Positions 12,001 to 22,395 are shown, numbered from the stretch's first letter. The stretch is DNA of 53,071 bases from Chromera velia (GCA_018398765.1 JAHBMJ010000270.1:1-53071); one strand, 5' to 3'. Numbers and translations are program-made. Notes: a model not told the origin generated them from the sequence alone.

Positions 12001-13704
12001 GAAGTTGACTCTGTCATGCGAATGGGCTGGAGGCTGACATGGAAAGAAAAGGAAGCCCAGCAGGCAGAGAAAGAGAAGGAAGAGAACAGACAGGAAGAAG
12101 AGAAGGCAGCACAATCAAGACAGACCATGGGCAAGGGTGACAGGCTGCAGTGCGATAGAGAGGGGGAACAGCCCCAGAAGTACAAGGGCAGGAAAGGAAG
12201 GATAAAAAGAACTGGAGATGAGAACGAAGGAAGGCAGAGGCAGGGAATCAACAGAAAGCCGAAAGCGAGGTGCTTTGGTAAGGGTTTCACGGACAAGAAG
12301 GCGGTCGATACTTATGTTGGCACACCTTCTGTCTGGGCCATTCTGATCTTTGCTATCTTCTCTTTGACTTTCTCTCTGAATCTGTTCGCCGGAGACATCT
12401 CTGGTGCATTCCTTACAGCCCCTGACAGAAACGAGAAACGCGCAGCCGTCATCATCCCTGATTGGCTACCTGAAATCCCAGATACAAACCCTTATGACGA
12501 CATCAATGATGAAGACTATGCAGAGCTGCGCAGAGCCGCCCTGGCCATCAAGCCGAGGGAGTTGCGGTTGATTGAGAAGGGCCTCTATGGAATGCCCTGC
12601 TCAGGAAACATATTCGACAAGAGCCTTGCCGAAGTGCAGGGACAGGCAGGCTACAAACGCGTAGAAACGGGGGTTGCGATCAAGGTAGGAGAATCTGGAC
12701 AGCCTGCTGATGGTGTTCAGATCAACTGGATTGACGACGTGTTTGGGGGAAGGAAAGGAAAAAAGGAGATGGAGGGAGAGATCGAGTTTCTGAAGACAAA
12801 GTTCGATTGGGGGCACCTGCGGGAGCTCTCCCCTCAGTCATCAATCAAATATGCAGGTATGGACTTTATGTTCTCCCATAGCACAGCCGAAATCTCCCAA
12901 GACTTCTACTGCAGAGGGGTGAACACGGATGCCATATGGAGGGTTTTGGGGGAGAAAAGAAAAGGGGGAGAAGTCAGAGCAGCCGACCTTGAACCTACAA
13001 CGGAGAAAAAGAAGGAAGGAAGGTTGGAACCCCTGATGAGAAGCATCAACGGAGTCCTTCACTGGATGGTGAGGATGCGATCGAACAGACGGGTATGGGC
13101 TGATGTGTTGAGCTGTCACTCCACACGGCCTTGCAGATGGATTGTGCGGGCAGGCATCAGAGTAATGGAAATGCTCAAAGAAAAGAAAGAGCCCCTCCGT
13201 ATGAGAGCACTGAACCGTCTGAAGAGAATGATGCTAACGATCATGCCTGACTCCGCCTATTCCCGCAAGACCTACAGCGGGAGGCTGGGTTGGCTGATTT
13301 TCCTCGTAGAGGAAGACTGGATACCCAAGAAGGCGTTAGAGCTGGTGAATCCATGGGAGAATTGTATAAGCTGGCACACAGAGAAACACAATCACAAGCA
13401 TGAGAGCAGCATAGCAGCTGAAGCCACCGCATTCGAAAGTGTGGTCAAACATCTCCCACGCATCAAATCCCTGTCAACACAGATGTGGGGGACCGAACCA
13501 CTAGTCATTTTCTTTACCGATTGTAACCCCCTGTTTGAACAGTTGAGGTTGGGGGTCGCAGTAGACGGAACATCCCAAGGGATGCTGGACTTCGTGATCC
13601 AAGAACTGGGCAGGACCGGGAGGAAAGTGATGTGGTGTAGGCGCCAAGTTCAGATGGGTAACGCACTAACAAAACCCTGCTGGCCAGGCAAAGAATTTGC
13701 GTGA
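9070..13704 (+). CDS. pol: Copia-type Pol polyprotein region (putative PR, integrase, RT, RNase H)
   Basis: Putative protease WMHIDSCTT; HHCC HHRRFRH...CRLC; integrase LDHW / IRCDKASEF / GFVEGKNR; RT KARCFGKGF, GDISGAFL, EKGLYG, NWIDDV, KYAG; RNase H PDSAY, SSIAAEA, FTDCN, QMGNALTKP. Confidence 0.92.
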   Translation, partial: LICCHDKKAKAQQQSPSSSSSNPRGRGRPQAYRGRGGMQAARGGGPGRYDGKAAYVADEWKGQGHLPDHNEVSRFGRQNALTGKASQKAGHLSEYFRQHMCMTVLPFSSLFSLPLQHSQDAEGGIIKQQQGTTFQFRDGAPKPWFMTETHKAYVVPEHEIERKPPDPPKQVQSMVSQVDPPGRLSVWMHIDSCTTAPLGWEKELGGMVVWSEPCEGSFRVALQKSPKKIQVSRLVCIAQKNRVRGKGWKVLLLWVYLTEDPVPYLMQEDYEEGETLLRHEGKDSYVIVRDARGFLVEVIVENPKGDATSNLPFTTTFIPTADEVKKTMQKTGGAWAIRERTIDFEELRAHHRRFRHVGRDKLEPTLASRGMHARTEDWKRLETECRLCPLKNATIPTLAPVPTQHEDTGGPFQIMQLDHWFPNDDEVNGPHACCLSVLDEYNGMDLDYPLRSRNHSVDRVRDHIEFVESFGDVQFQKEGPKAIAGRIRCDKASEFRGGPLGDFVERKGMTFLDNPAGEKGPLGFVEGKNRHRRTELAALRAEWKRRFGSCPKSLWGHQARGVALTRAKLYSKVLRTSQWEKAFGVPPPFRFLIGDVGVLRTAESGIELAGSEVVWLYEKNKSTAVVTRKQPNRDVWDILKTHPQYVKPVKRGVVSCWGGPDWAPDSVEMPPHPLSITDNSSDAPPSHPLHGAAASPAGGNNGNEGVQAIGGGDFPEEHGTNVPADAHDRFTGIRIRGPDNKLTPLVITGKSRKSTHVTSKIQQQPDGKWKFAGLSDTTVRKTDVLRYFEFAGGHLPPAIEAEISSPPSAQVGGCEQEAPAQREEEAESGDQAEGGEVQGAGGGDNSDDNDFLFGENHLTPDALTGGQLGEERRNREAEQEEMRDNGERSSGEPPGFDLGEQPPAQNVFFLAPTYDCFYLGPDPEHPLTVPDDFKQGSTQTPALPEEVAKGDFDVACRDEWLKNIVGKGVLGRVVDRKEVDSVMRMGWRLTWKEKEAQQAEKEKEENRQEEEKAAQSRQTMGKGDRLQCDREGEQPQKYKGRKGRIKRTGDENEGRQRQGINRKPKARCFGKGFTDKKAVDTYVGTPSVWAILIFAIFSLTFSLNLFAGDISGAFLTAPDRNEKRAAVIIPDWLPEIPDTNPYDDINDEDYAELRRAALAIKPRELRLIEKGLYGMPCSGNIFDKSLAEVQGQAGYKRVETGVAIKVGESGQPADGVQINWIDDVFGGRKGKKEMEGEIEFLKTKFDWGHLRELSPQSSIKYAGMDFMFSHSTAEISQDFYCRGVNTDAIWRVLGEKRKGGEVRAADLEPTTEKKKEGRLEPLMRSINGVLHWMVRMRSNRRVWADVLSCHSTRPCRWIVRAGIRVMEMLKEKKEPLRMRALNRLKRMMLTIMPDSAYSRKTYSGRLGWLIFLVEEDWIPKKALELVNPWENCISWHTEKHNHKHESSIAAEATAFESVVKHLPRIKSLSTQMWGTEPLVIFFTDCNPLFEQLRLGVAVDGTSQGMLDFVIQELGRTGRKVMWCRRQVQMGNALTKPCWPGKEFA

Positions 13705-13747
13705 AAAGAAGCAAAATAACAGAAACGAACAAGGAAAAGGATTTGAA

Positions 13748-13769
13748 CAAGATGGGGGGGTGAGAAAGA
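13748..13769 (+). promoter_or_regulatory. Polypurine tract region
   Basis: caAGATGGGGGGGTGAGAAAGA just upstream of the 3' LTR. Confidence 0.6.
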
Positions 13770-13774
13770 CGCGC

Positions 13775-14066
13775 AGTGGGACCAGCACCGGCCAACCGGC
13801 TCCGCGGCGTAGCGTCCTTCCATTGAGCCAAGACCGAGCGCGTGGACATCTTGCAAATCCATGCATGCAGAATTAAATGCATGTATACAAATGCATGCAT
13901 TGCAGTAATTAAATTCAGATTGAGGAGTCAGATAAAACAAGAGACTGCTGCTCGTATGAAGTTGAGAAAGAGACTCTGTTGACACAACCTCTAGAAATAG
14001 GAGCAACGTAAGAGTGCTGTGTGTGCCTGTGGCCCGAGGGCCGATAGATTATATATAAATCTTTCT
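13775..14066 (+). repeat. 3' LTR
   Basis: AGTGGGAC...ATCTTTCT, followed by TCAAA. Confidence 0.9.
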
Positions 14067-14576
14067 TCAAAAATCCTAAAACAATAAATTTGAATTTTTG
14101 AAGACGTTTTTAGGTGACTGGAAGGTCCTAATAGTAACCTATAGGTCAAATTATACATTTTTTGCATTTGAATCATATCGTCATTTTTTTTTTGTTTTGA
14201 TTATTATTTTTGATTATTGTTTTTAATATCCTACGCCTAGTATAAATTAAAGTGAACTGCTGGTGTAAAAAACCGAACTGCCTCGATCGTGCGTTGCCGC
14301 CGAACGCTAGACGCCTATTTATAGGCTGATGGCGATAGTGTATGATGATAATGATGATAATATTTTTAGTGTAAGGCACGGATCATTTTAATATGGTATC
14401 ACCGTGTTTTTCAGTACTTCGGGACTTTAAGGGGGGGTGGTTCCGTTTTTTGGTACCGATACTTTCGGTACTTTAAAAATTTTGCTTATAACTTTGAAAC
14501 TATAGGCTTTATAATTAACGTTAAAACGACTAGATTTTAGGTTTTTCACACTAAAAATAAATATATAGCTAAAGTA

Positions 14577-16028
14577 AATGAATGAATGAATGAATGAATG
14601 AAGTTGGCTTTGCTAGCTAGTTTGCTAGAGTGGAGCCGTGCTCCCAGCAGCCCATGTTCATGCAAGAGATCGTCAATCACTCAACTCTAAAGATAAAGCT
14701 AAGCACGAAATCCCCTAAAGTGCTTGCTTGGTGAGCTCACGAGCAGTATACGCATTGGAGGTGGCAATAGAAGACGCAAACAGAAGAAGAAAAGGTCGCG
14801 TTCACACAGAAACAGGCGTACACAGTGAGTAACAAAGATCGCAAACGGCTCTGCATGCTTCATACAGATCGACTTGTAAAACCAAAAGCAGCATCTTCCT
14901 CGCTTCTGTTTCGGCTGTATCCGATCCCTCAATTCCTTCTCTTTGAATCCTTTGCTTCACTTTCTTTCCCTCTACCACTTTGTTTAGTTTGTTTCTTACT
15001 TCTACTTAATTGGAGCATACTGAAAGCCGGTGCCAGAGATCATCAATTTTTCTTCCATTTGAACAACCCTCTGCCAGACAAAACACTTCTCCCGGAGAGT
15101 TGGCCCCCCCCGTCAGACCCTTCCAATTTAGTGTTAATGCCTTTAGAAGTGGCTCAATCTTCTCACATAAAGCACTTCTTGGCAGACAAGACCATTCTTT
15201 GAAGATAAAAGAAATAGAGAAGAACGTGAAGAAGACGGAAGAGCTCTCTGTAGTCCTGATAAAGAGGCAGACAGGGGGAAGTTGCCCCTTTCTTCTCTGT
15301 CTCCCCTTTTTATACATTTCATTCCCCAGGCATCCTTAATTTTGGCAAAAACAAATAAATTCCCCTTTGGGGCCCGTCTTTCTGAGCTCCGAACAGGGAG
15401 AGACGTCAAAAAGTCAAGGCCTGCCCATCTGAATAGACCATTGACGGCTCGTCTTTGCTTCTGCCCCGCTGGTCCCTTCCATGAATTCAAAAGAGCCTGA
15501 GGAATACGGAGATGCGAACGGCTAAGTGCAATCCAGAATGAAGCAAAACAAGCATATAAGAGCGCGCGAGTAGACATTAAATTAACAGACAAAAGAGAGG
15601 GTACACGCAAACTCCTGACTGGAAGTCGGACCGCCCATCGAACAAACCAGAGCCGCAAGTTGTCAATCGCCTCCCAGTCCCCCTGTCTTATCGGAAAGCA
15701 CTCCAAGTTATAGAGTGCTACCGGCTCCCAGCACGCCTTCAGCAGTTGTATCTTTCCCCCAAGAGGCAACCCAGACAAACTCGCAGCCAGACCAATCACC
15801 GCCCCCATTGCACGCTCTGCACTGTGTAGGCGTGCTTCAATCGACCAAGTCAAATCCCCTCCCTCAAACAGAAGGCAACGCAAATATTTGTACTAATCAC
15901 ACCAGTCTACTTCCTTCCTTTGGTACAAAATCATGCCGTTACAGTCTTTGCGGTATTCACAAAGGCGCAGGACCTTGGTTTTCTTCAGATTGACATTCAA
16001 CCCCCACTTTCTGCAATACCCCTCCATA
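14577..16028 (-). mobile_element. 5'-truncated non-LTR retrotransposon (RTE/L2/CR1-like RT C-terminal part)
   Basis: The minus strand encodes KWGLNVNLKKTKVL, D*YKYLRCLL..GGDL..SIEARL..A and KIQLLKACWEPVALYNLECF, typical of LINE RT domains 6-7 and downstream sequence. It has a (TTCA)n 3' tail at 14577-14602 and is flanked by CTAAAGTA at 14569-14576 and 16029-16036. Confidence 0.8.
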
Positions 16029-16034
16029 CTAAAG

Positions 16035-16151
16035 TAGGGCCATGTAAAAATTCATTTGAGTGCCAGTGGCACGCAAGACCCCCCCCCTCCCTAGACCTCG
16101 TCGCTTCGGCACGCAAAATTTTTAAATAAAAAATGAAGTCTGACACTAACT
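16035..16151 (+). repeat. Dispersed ~115-bp repeat (TE end), copy 1
   Basis: TAGGGCCATGTAAAAATTCATTTGAGTGCCA...CGCTTCGGCACGC...TGACACTAACT recurs at 28122-28246. Confidence 0.75.
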
Positions 16152-16393
16152 TTATAACCATCTAAATCCACCCATTATTTATACATAAAAACTGATGCAC
16201 TTATCATAAAATGCGATAGATACATGAATGCAATGTCAGTTCACTTTTCAATTAAATAGAGGAGGAAATGTCAAAGGAAATCCTGGATGGGAGCGGGTCC
16301 ATGTCTTTCCATGACAGCATCTGAAGAGGTCGTTTGTTTGACTTTCTGCTCGCAGAGATCGTTAAAATTCCACTAACACTCTCTATTCCCCAC

Positions 16394-16625
16394 CGCGGCC
16401 CATCCACTCGGGAATTTTTGGTACCAGAACTTTAAAACCCCTACCAAATTTTCCCTTTTTTGCCCCCCCCTTGCCAAACTTTCCCACAAAGGCTCGAATA
16501 AGGCAAAAAACACTGCTGAAATCAAAACATCTAACCCATCGAAGGCTGATTTTCTCTAGTCTTCAATACCAAATATTCCCAAGCTGAAGACTCCTTACCA
16601 ATTTTTTCAGAGTGGATGGGCCGCG
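16394..16625. mobile_element. 232-bp MITE, copy 2
   Basis: Same TIRs and body as 7117-7348; perfect 8-bp TSD TTCCCCAC. Confidence 0.92.
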
Positions 16626-16639
16626 TTCCCCACATCTTT

Positions 16640-17480
16640 CTGACTGAATCCTCACTCAGTCACTCTCACTCACTCACTCACTTATTTATCCATCTACACT
16701 CATTACACTCACTTGCTCACTTATGTACTGATGCGCCCATCCACTTGCATACTATTGTCAACTCACTCACTCTCCGTTACTCCCTATCTTACTCACTTTA
16801 TTCCCTCACTCACTTCACTTACTCCCCTTCACTCCATTCCACACTCTCCTTCCCTCACTCGCTCACTCACTTCACTTACTTACTCTTTCATTCACTTTCT
16901 TACTCTTTCGTTCACACATTCACTCACTGACTCACTCGTTCTGAATCACTCACTCACTCACCTACTCACTCACTTACTCACTCACTCACTCACTCACTCA
17001 CTTGCCAATTCATACTTATACTCACTCACTTACTCTCAATCTGATTTATTCATTCATCTGTTCACCCAGGCAGCCAGCCACCCACTCACTTACATGTACT
17101 CACATGATCTTGACTCACTCACTCACACTCACTCATCTATACAGTAACTCTTGCATTTATCCATTCTGAATCATGCACACTCATTTATTCAATTACCCAG
17201 TGGCACCCATCATCTCTCTCACTTTCTTTACTCCCTCAGTCTTATTCACACTTTTATTCACTCCCTCACCCAGTGGCATTCACTTATTGACTCCATCACT
17301 CCTAGCACTAACTCAGTCAGTGACACTCACTCAGTCACTTATCCGCTCAATCGCTCTACTTACTCCATTCATTCACTCATGCACTCACTCATCTATTCAC
17401 TCCCAGCACTCACTCATGGAATTTCCATTCACTCACTCTCTCACTAGCTCAGTCGCGGCATTCATTCTTTCATTCATCCG
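16640..17480 (+). repeat. Degenerate (CACT)n low-complexity tract
   Basis: Recurrent ctcactcact; produces spurious L/T/H/S-rich ORFs. Confidence 0.9.
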
Positions 17481-17700
17481 TCTATCTATCTATACATCCA
17501 TCTACATGGAATTCAGCAAGCTGAAAAGACACGTCTATTTTATGGAATTCGTCAGGGTTGCTTTTCTTGTTTTTCTCTAGTGCTTTTTATCGCTCGGAGT
17601 CTGTCAGTTTTTTTTTGGGCTGAGGCTTTGGAGCTATATTTGGTTCTCCTCCTTTAATGCTATGCCTTATGCAGAAAGATGAGTGTAGTTTACTGTCAGA

Positions 17701-18684
17701 TAGAACATATGAAATTCACAGAAAGGGCAGGGCTTCACCGCTCGCACAAGAATGAAGAAAAGTCAAATTCACTTTCAGGTAGAATGCGTAAAATTCACAG
17801 AAAGGGCAGGGCTTCGCCGCTCGCACAAGAATGAAGAAAAGTCAAATTCACTCTCAGGTAGAATACTTAAAATTCATAGAAAGGGCAGGGCTTCGCCGCT
17901 TGCACAAGAATGAAGAAAAGTCAAATTCACTCTTAGGTAGAATGCGTAAAATTCATAAAAAGGGCAGTGCTTCGCCGTTCTCATAAGAATGAAGAAAAGT
18001 CAAATTCACTCTCAAGTAGAATGCGTAAAATTCATAGAAAGGGCAGTGCTTCGCCGTTCTCACAAGAATAAAGAAAGGTCAAATTCACTCTCAGGTAGAA
18101 TGCATGAAATTAACAGAAAGGGCAGGGCTTCGCCATTCTCACAAGAATGGAGAGAGGTCAAATTCACTCTCAGGTAGAATGCGTAAAATTCACAGAAAGG
18201 GCAGTGCTTCGCCGTTCTCACAAGAATGAAGAAAAGTCAAATTCACTCTCAGGTAGAATACGTGAAATTAACAGAAAGGGCAGGGCTTCGCCGTTCTCAT
18301 AAGAATGGAGAGAGGTCAAATTCACTCTCAGGTAGAATGCGTAAAATTCACAGAAGGGGCAGGGCTTCGCCACTCGCACAAGAATGAAGAAAAGTCAAAT
18401 TCACTCTCAGGTAGAATGGCATTGCGTAAAATTCACAGAAAGGGCAGGGCTTCGACGTTTGCAGAAGAATGGAGAGAGGTCAAATTCATTCTCAGGTAGA
18501 ATACGTAAAATTTACAGAAAGGGCAGGGCTTCGCCGTTCTCACAAGAATGAAGAAAAGTCAAATTCACTCTCATGTAGAATGCGTGAAATTCACAGAAAG
18601 GGCAGGGCTTCGCCGTTTGTAGAAGAATGGAGAGAGGTCAAATTCACTCTCAGGTAGAGTGTGTGAAATTCATGAAAAGGGCAG
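17701..18684 (+). repeat. 79-bp tandem repeat, 12 full units plus a partial unit
   Basis: Unit TAGAATGCGTAAAATTCACAGAAAGGGCAGGGCTTCGCCGYTCKCACAAGAATGRAGARARGTCAAATTCACTCTCAGG starts at 17701, 17780, 17859, 17938, 18017, 18096, 18175, 18254, 18333, 18412 (+6 nt), 18497, 18576 and 18655. No spacers. Confidence 0.95.
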
Positions 18685-18788
18685 AAGTGGGAACCCGGTT
18701 CTATCTGATTTCGGCAGCGCTTCGCAGTGTGGTTCTACTCGGTACGGAATTTCGGCGGAGGATGGGAAGTGGGGTTCCGTCAGAAATT

Positions 18789-19160
18789 TTAGTAGCGCTT
18801 CACGATGTGGTCCTGCTTCTTCTCTTTCCAGGTACAGAACACCAAAGGGATAGCCAGGTCTAAGGAGTGTAAGTTGAGGTTTGAGGTGGTGGCTCGCAGG
18901 TGTAGGCTCCTGTAGTAAGGGTGTAGGTGATCACAGCGTTCTGGTTTCCTCTGGGTGAACCTTCTCTGGACAAAGAAAGTAGTCTGCGTTGCTTGTAGAA
19001 TAATGTTGTTCAGCAAGAAAAAGTTGATCTCCATTCGCTCAGCTCCTTGATCTTATCGATCTTGAGCTAGGCGTCACCACGTGTGAAGGTCTACTTAGAG
19101 GGGTTGGCACTAGTGAGTGCTTGCAGAGGTTCAAGGGTCTTCAGGGCTTGATGTCGCTGG
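18789..19160 (-). pseudogene. Decayed ORF remnant, unknown product
   Basis: The frame of ORF 18789..19034 extends upstream through TGA/TAG/TAA codons, each one C>T away from CGA/CAG/CAA. Confidence 0.25.
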
Positions 19161-19370
19161 AGTGGTTCAGGTCGATCTCCAGTGACAGACTCGATCAGTA
19201 TCAGGAGCATGGAGCTTTCTTGTGATTCGGTGATCGATCTGATTTCATTGTAGTCTTCTAGAAAGTCTTTCGGAAGTCTTTTATATGATTTCGATTGAAG
19301 TATGACACGCCAACATCTGTATGATACAAGATGTTAACGTCCTACATCTTCTTTCTTTGATTCTTAAAAA

Positions 19371-19442
19371 GGAGGTAGCGAGGCTTGAACCTATGGCCTC
19401 TTACTTGTTAGTGTTGTATGCGAACCATTAGGTCATGAAGGC
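19371..19442 (-). ncRNA. Degenerate tRNA-like sequence (tRNA pseudogene or SINE-like head)
   Basis: Minus strand GCCTTCA-TGACCTAATGG (A-box-like)...GGTTCAAGCC (B-box-like) at tRNA spacing, followed by TTTTT. The acceptor stem does not pair, so it is not a functional tRNA. Confidence 0.45.
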
Positions 19443-19608
19443 AAGTGATACGTTCTCTTTTGCTCAGTGTTACTTTAAACCACAATCAATTCATTTATAA
19501 TTTCTATTTTCTTTCTAGCTGTGCTTAAGTAGCACATAGCAATGTTTTATAGTCGATTCCAAGTCTAGTACTATCTATAACTATCGATCTGCTACAAATA
19601 ATTTAAAT

Positions 19609-19886
19609 ATCTATGAGTCGGCTTGCTATGTCAAAATAGTGAAAATAGTGATTATTTTTACTATTCGCTACGTCGAATAGTAAAATAGTTCATAATAATT
19701 AGCTATTTTTACTATTTTAATAGTAAAATAGCACTATTTTACTATTAAAATAGTAAAAATAGCTAACTATTGTCTAACTATTTTACTATGTGATGTAGCA
19801 AATAGTAAAAATAGTAACTATTTAAACTATTTTTACTATTTTTTCAACTATTTTTACTATTTCAAATAGCTTGCCGACTCATAGAT
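19609..19886. mobile_element. Small AT-rich MITE with internal AAAATAG/CTATTTT repeats
   Basis: Perfect 14-bp inverted ends ATCTATGAGTCGGC / GCCGACTCATAGAT; TSD not resolved. Confidence 0.65.
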
Positions 19887-19910
19887 GAAAACTAAGTAAA
19901 ACTAAGTACA

Positions 19911-19945
<35 letters not shown>

Positions 19946-20519
19946 GGATGAATGGATGGATGGATGGATGAATTGATTGATTGATTGATTGATTGATGCC
20001 AATTTGCCAAATCTATATATGATTGACAAGTGTTAAAAAAAAATACTTTATAGTTTCAATGATTGCATCTCTCCCGATCCTTGGTACGGCGTACGTATTA
20101 TAACATATATAAACATATGTAGACCATACGTAGTCTATATATAAACCATAAACTTTTGGCCTAGCTTTTAATTGGCTAATTTGGCTTGTATAGCTTTCTA
20201 GGTATAGCTTTAGTTATAGATGTACGTTTTTCCATTTTTTTTAAGTGTGAGCCTGAGGTACATCCTGCATGCATGTGGGTGCACGATGTCCATCGGGATG
20301 AAGTCGACTGCTTTGCAAGGGCAGAGTCCCCGCAAGAGAGGCAAGGAACTAGTGTGGCGAAGGAGGTGCTGCTATCCATACCTCCGATACTGGTGGCCAC
20401 CATACCCTTGTGACGGTCCGAATCCTGCACCCGTCCCACCAGCCATACGCACTTGGCGTACAGGTTGTCCGTTCGGCGCCTGCAAAAAGACGGACGGAGG
20501 GAGAAAGACACCATGATGA

Positions 20520-20621
20520 CACGGACACGGACACACAGACACACACACTCACACACACACACACACACATACATGAACACACACACACACACACACACAG
20601 AGACACAGACACAGAGAGAGA

Positions 20622-20656
<35 letters not shown>

Positions 20657-21607
20657 GCACGCACGCACACGCACGCACACGGACATACACGTGCGCGTGC
20701 ACACACAGACACGCACGCGCACGCGCAAGCGCACGCACAGGCACGCACGTACACACGTACACATACACACGGTCTCATAGAGAGAAGGCGGGGGAGAGGG
20801 ACGGGGACGCGGGAAGATTGACAGACAGACAGACAGACAGACAGAGAGACAGAGAGACAGACCGACAGACACTCACACAGACAGACACCCACACAGACAG
20901 ACAGACCGACCGACCGACAGACAGACAGACTATATGTTTCTTCTTCTTCTCCCTCCTTTTCTTCATGCAGACAGACAGACAGACTATATCGTCTTTTCTT
21001 TCCCTTTTTCTCCTTCTTCATTCTCTTCTGTTCTGTTTCTTTCTTTCTTCTTTTGGCGCGCTCTCTCAGTGGAAGGGTAACAGAGCTCCAGACAGACAGA
21101 CAGACTATATCGTCTTTCCTTCACTTCACTTTTTCCGAATCGCTCCCTTTCTTTCGGACAGACAGGCAGACAGACAGACACACCGACAGGCAGACACAGA
21201 CAGACAGACAGAACCTTCCTTTCCTTCTGTTCTGTTTTCTTATTTTCTTTTGGCGCGCTCTCAGTGGAAGGGTGCCAGAGCTCCAGGCCTTGAGTCGTAC
21301 CCTGCGGCCCTTCACTGCCCAGTGCACGGTTGCCCTCTTGCACTTCCACATTCTTTCCATCTGGACGAGTTCGTTTCTTTTCATTTCCTTTTGCTTAGGG
21401 TCTGTCACGACGTAGCGCCGGTAACGGTTTGTTTTCAGCTTCTGCCTCTCTCTTCTTCTGGGGTTCCCTTTATCTTTTGGTTTCTTCTTCTGGGGTTCCC
21501 TTTTTCATGTGAAGGCCCCCTAAAACCCTCTCTTCTGGTTGGATCTTTTCTTTTGACTGCCCGCCCAGATGGAAAGACTGCGTGTGCGTACATGTATGAG
21601 TGTGTGC

Positions 21608-21638
<31 letters not shown>

Positions 21639-21720
21639 GAAACGGACGGACAAAGAGAGTGACAGGTGAATGAATGAATGAATGAATGAATGAATGAATG
21701 AATCAATGAATCGATGGATG
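20520..21720 (+). repeat. Cluster of (CA)n, (AGAC)n and (GAAT)n microsatellites, probably intronic
   Basis: Directly visible; explains the HT/CV/TDRQ-rich spurious ORFs. Confidence 0.85.
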
Positions 21721-22395
21721 GATTGAAAAGCAACTCAACTCGTGTCAACCTGTTTGCCCACCTTCCTTATCTGTTGATTTTTCTATCTACCTATCTCCTC
21801 CATCTGCAAACCTCTCTCTCACGTGGTCTCTCTCTGTCTTTCTGTCTGTCCACACTTGCCCGAGGGTTCTCTCTCTCACTGTACATGAAAAGAAGAGAGG
21901 GAAAAGGAAAAGATGTCGTCCGTCTATCCGTTCGTCCGTCTATCAGTCTGACTGTCAGAGTGTCCGGACAGACAAATGTCTGGCTGTCTTCCTTCGTTTC
22001 ATTTTTTTTTCTTCGTTTCAGCTTTTCCTTCGTTCTTTCTTGTGTTCCTTCTTCCTCTGTTTCCTCCTTTCTTACCCCCTTGGTTTCTTTCTGGTGATTC
22101 TTCTTATTTTCGTTCTCTCTTTCTTGCTTGAACTTTCGTTATCCTTGTTTCTGAAAAGAAGAGGAAAATCCCGGTTCAAACTGTCTTCTCTGATGAAAGG
22201 CAGGGACTAGATTTTCTTTCTGTGACGCCATGTCGAAAATACATTTATTTCATTGGACAGAAAGATCACGACTGCGGACTCAAGTGAAGGAACAGAAGGG
22301 AAAGAGCAACAGATGACAGCGGAAGAGGGGCACGAAGACTATGAAGATACAAATAAACGAGAACTGTCTGTGCCTCTGTTCTTTTTTCTTCTCAC

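Larger units (their letters stand above)
7786..14066 (+). mobile_element. Full-length Ty1/copia-type LTR retrotransposon
   Basis: Two 292-bp direct repeats, 5-bp flanking duplication TCAAA (7781-7785, 14067-14071), PBS-like TGG tract, purine tract, and domain order gag-(PR)-IN-RT-RH. Confidence 0.95.

Noticed and set aside
13761..14069. Canonical TG...CA 3' LTR
   Set aside because: The extra bases are absent from the 5' LTR and yield no TSD, whereas AG...CT boundaries give equal 292-bp LTRs and a 5-bp TSD. Retained as the alternative hypothesis.
17701..18684. CRISPR array
   Set aside because: Units are contiguous 79-bp repeats with no unique spacers, there are no cas-like ORFs, and the context is eukaryotic.
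19371..19442. Functional tRNA gene
   Set aside because: The acceptor and anticodon stems do not pair; kept only as a tRNA-like relic.
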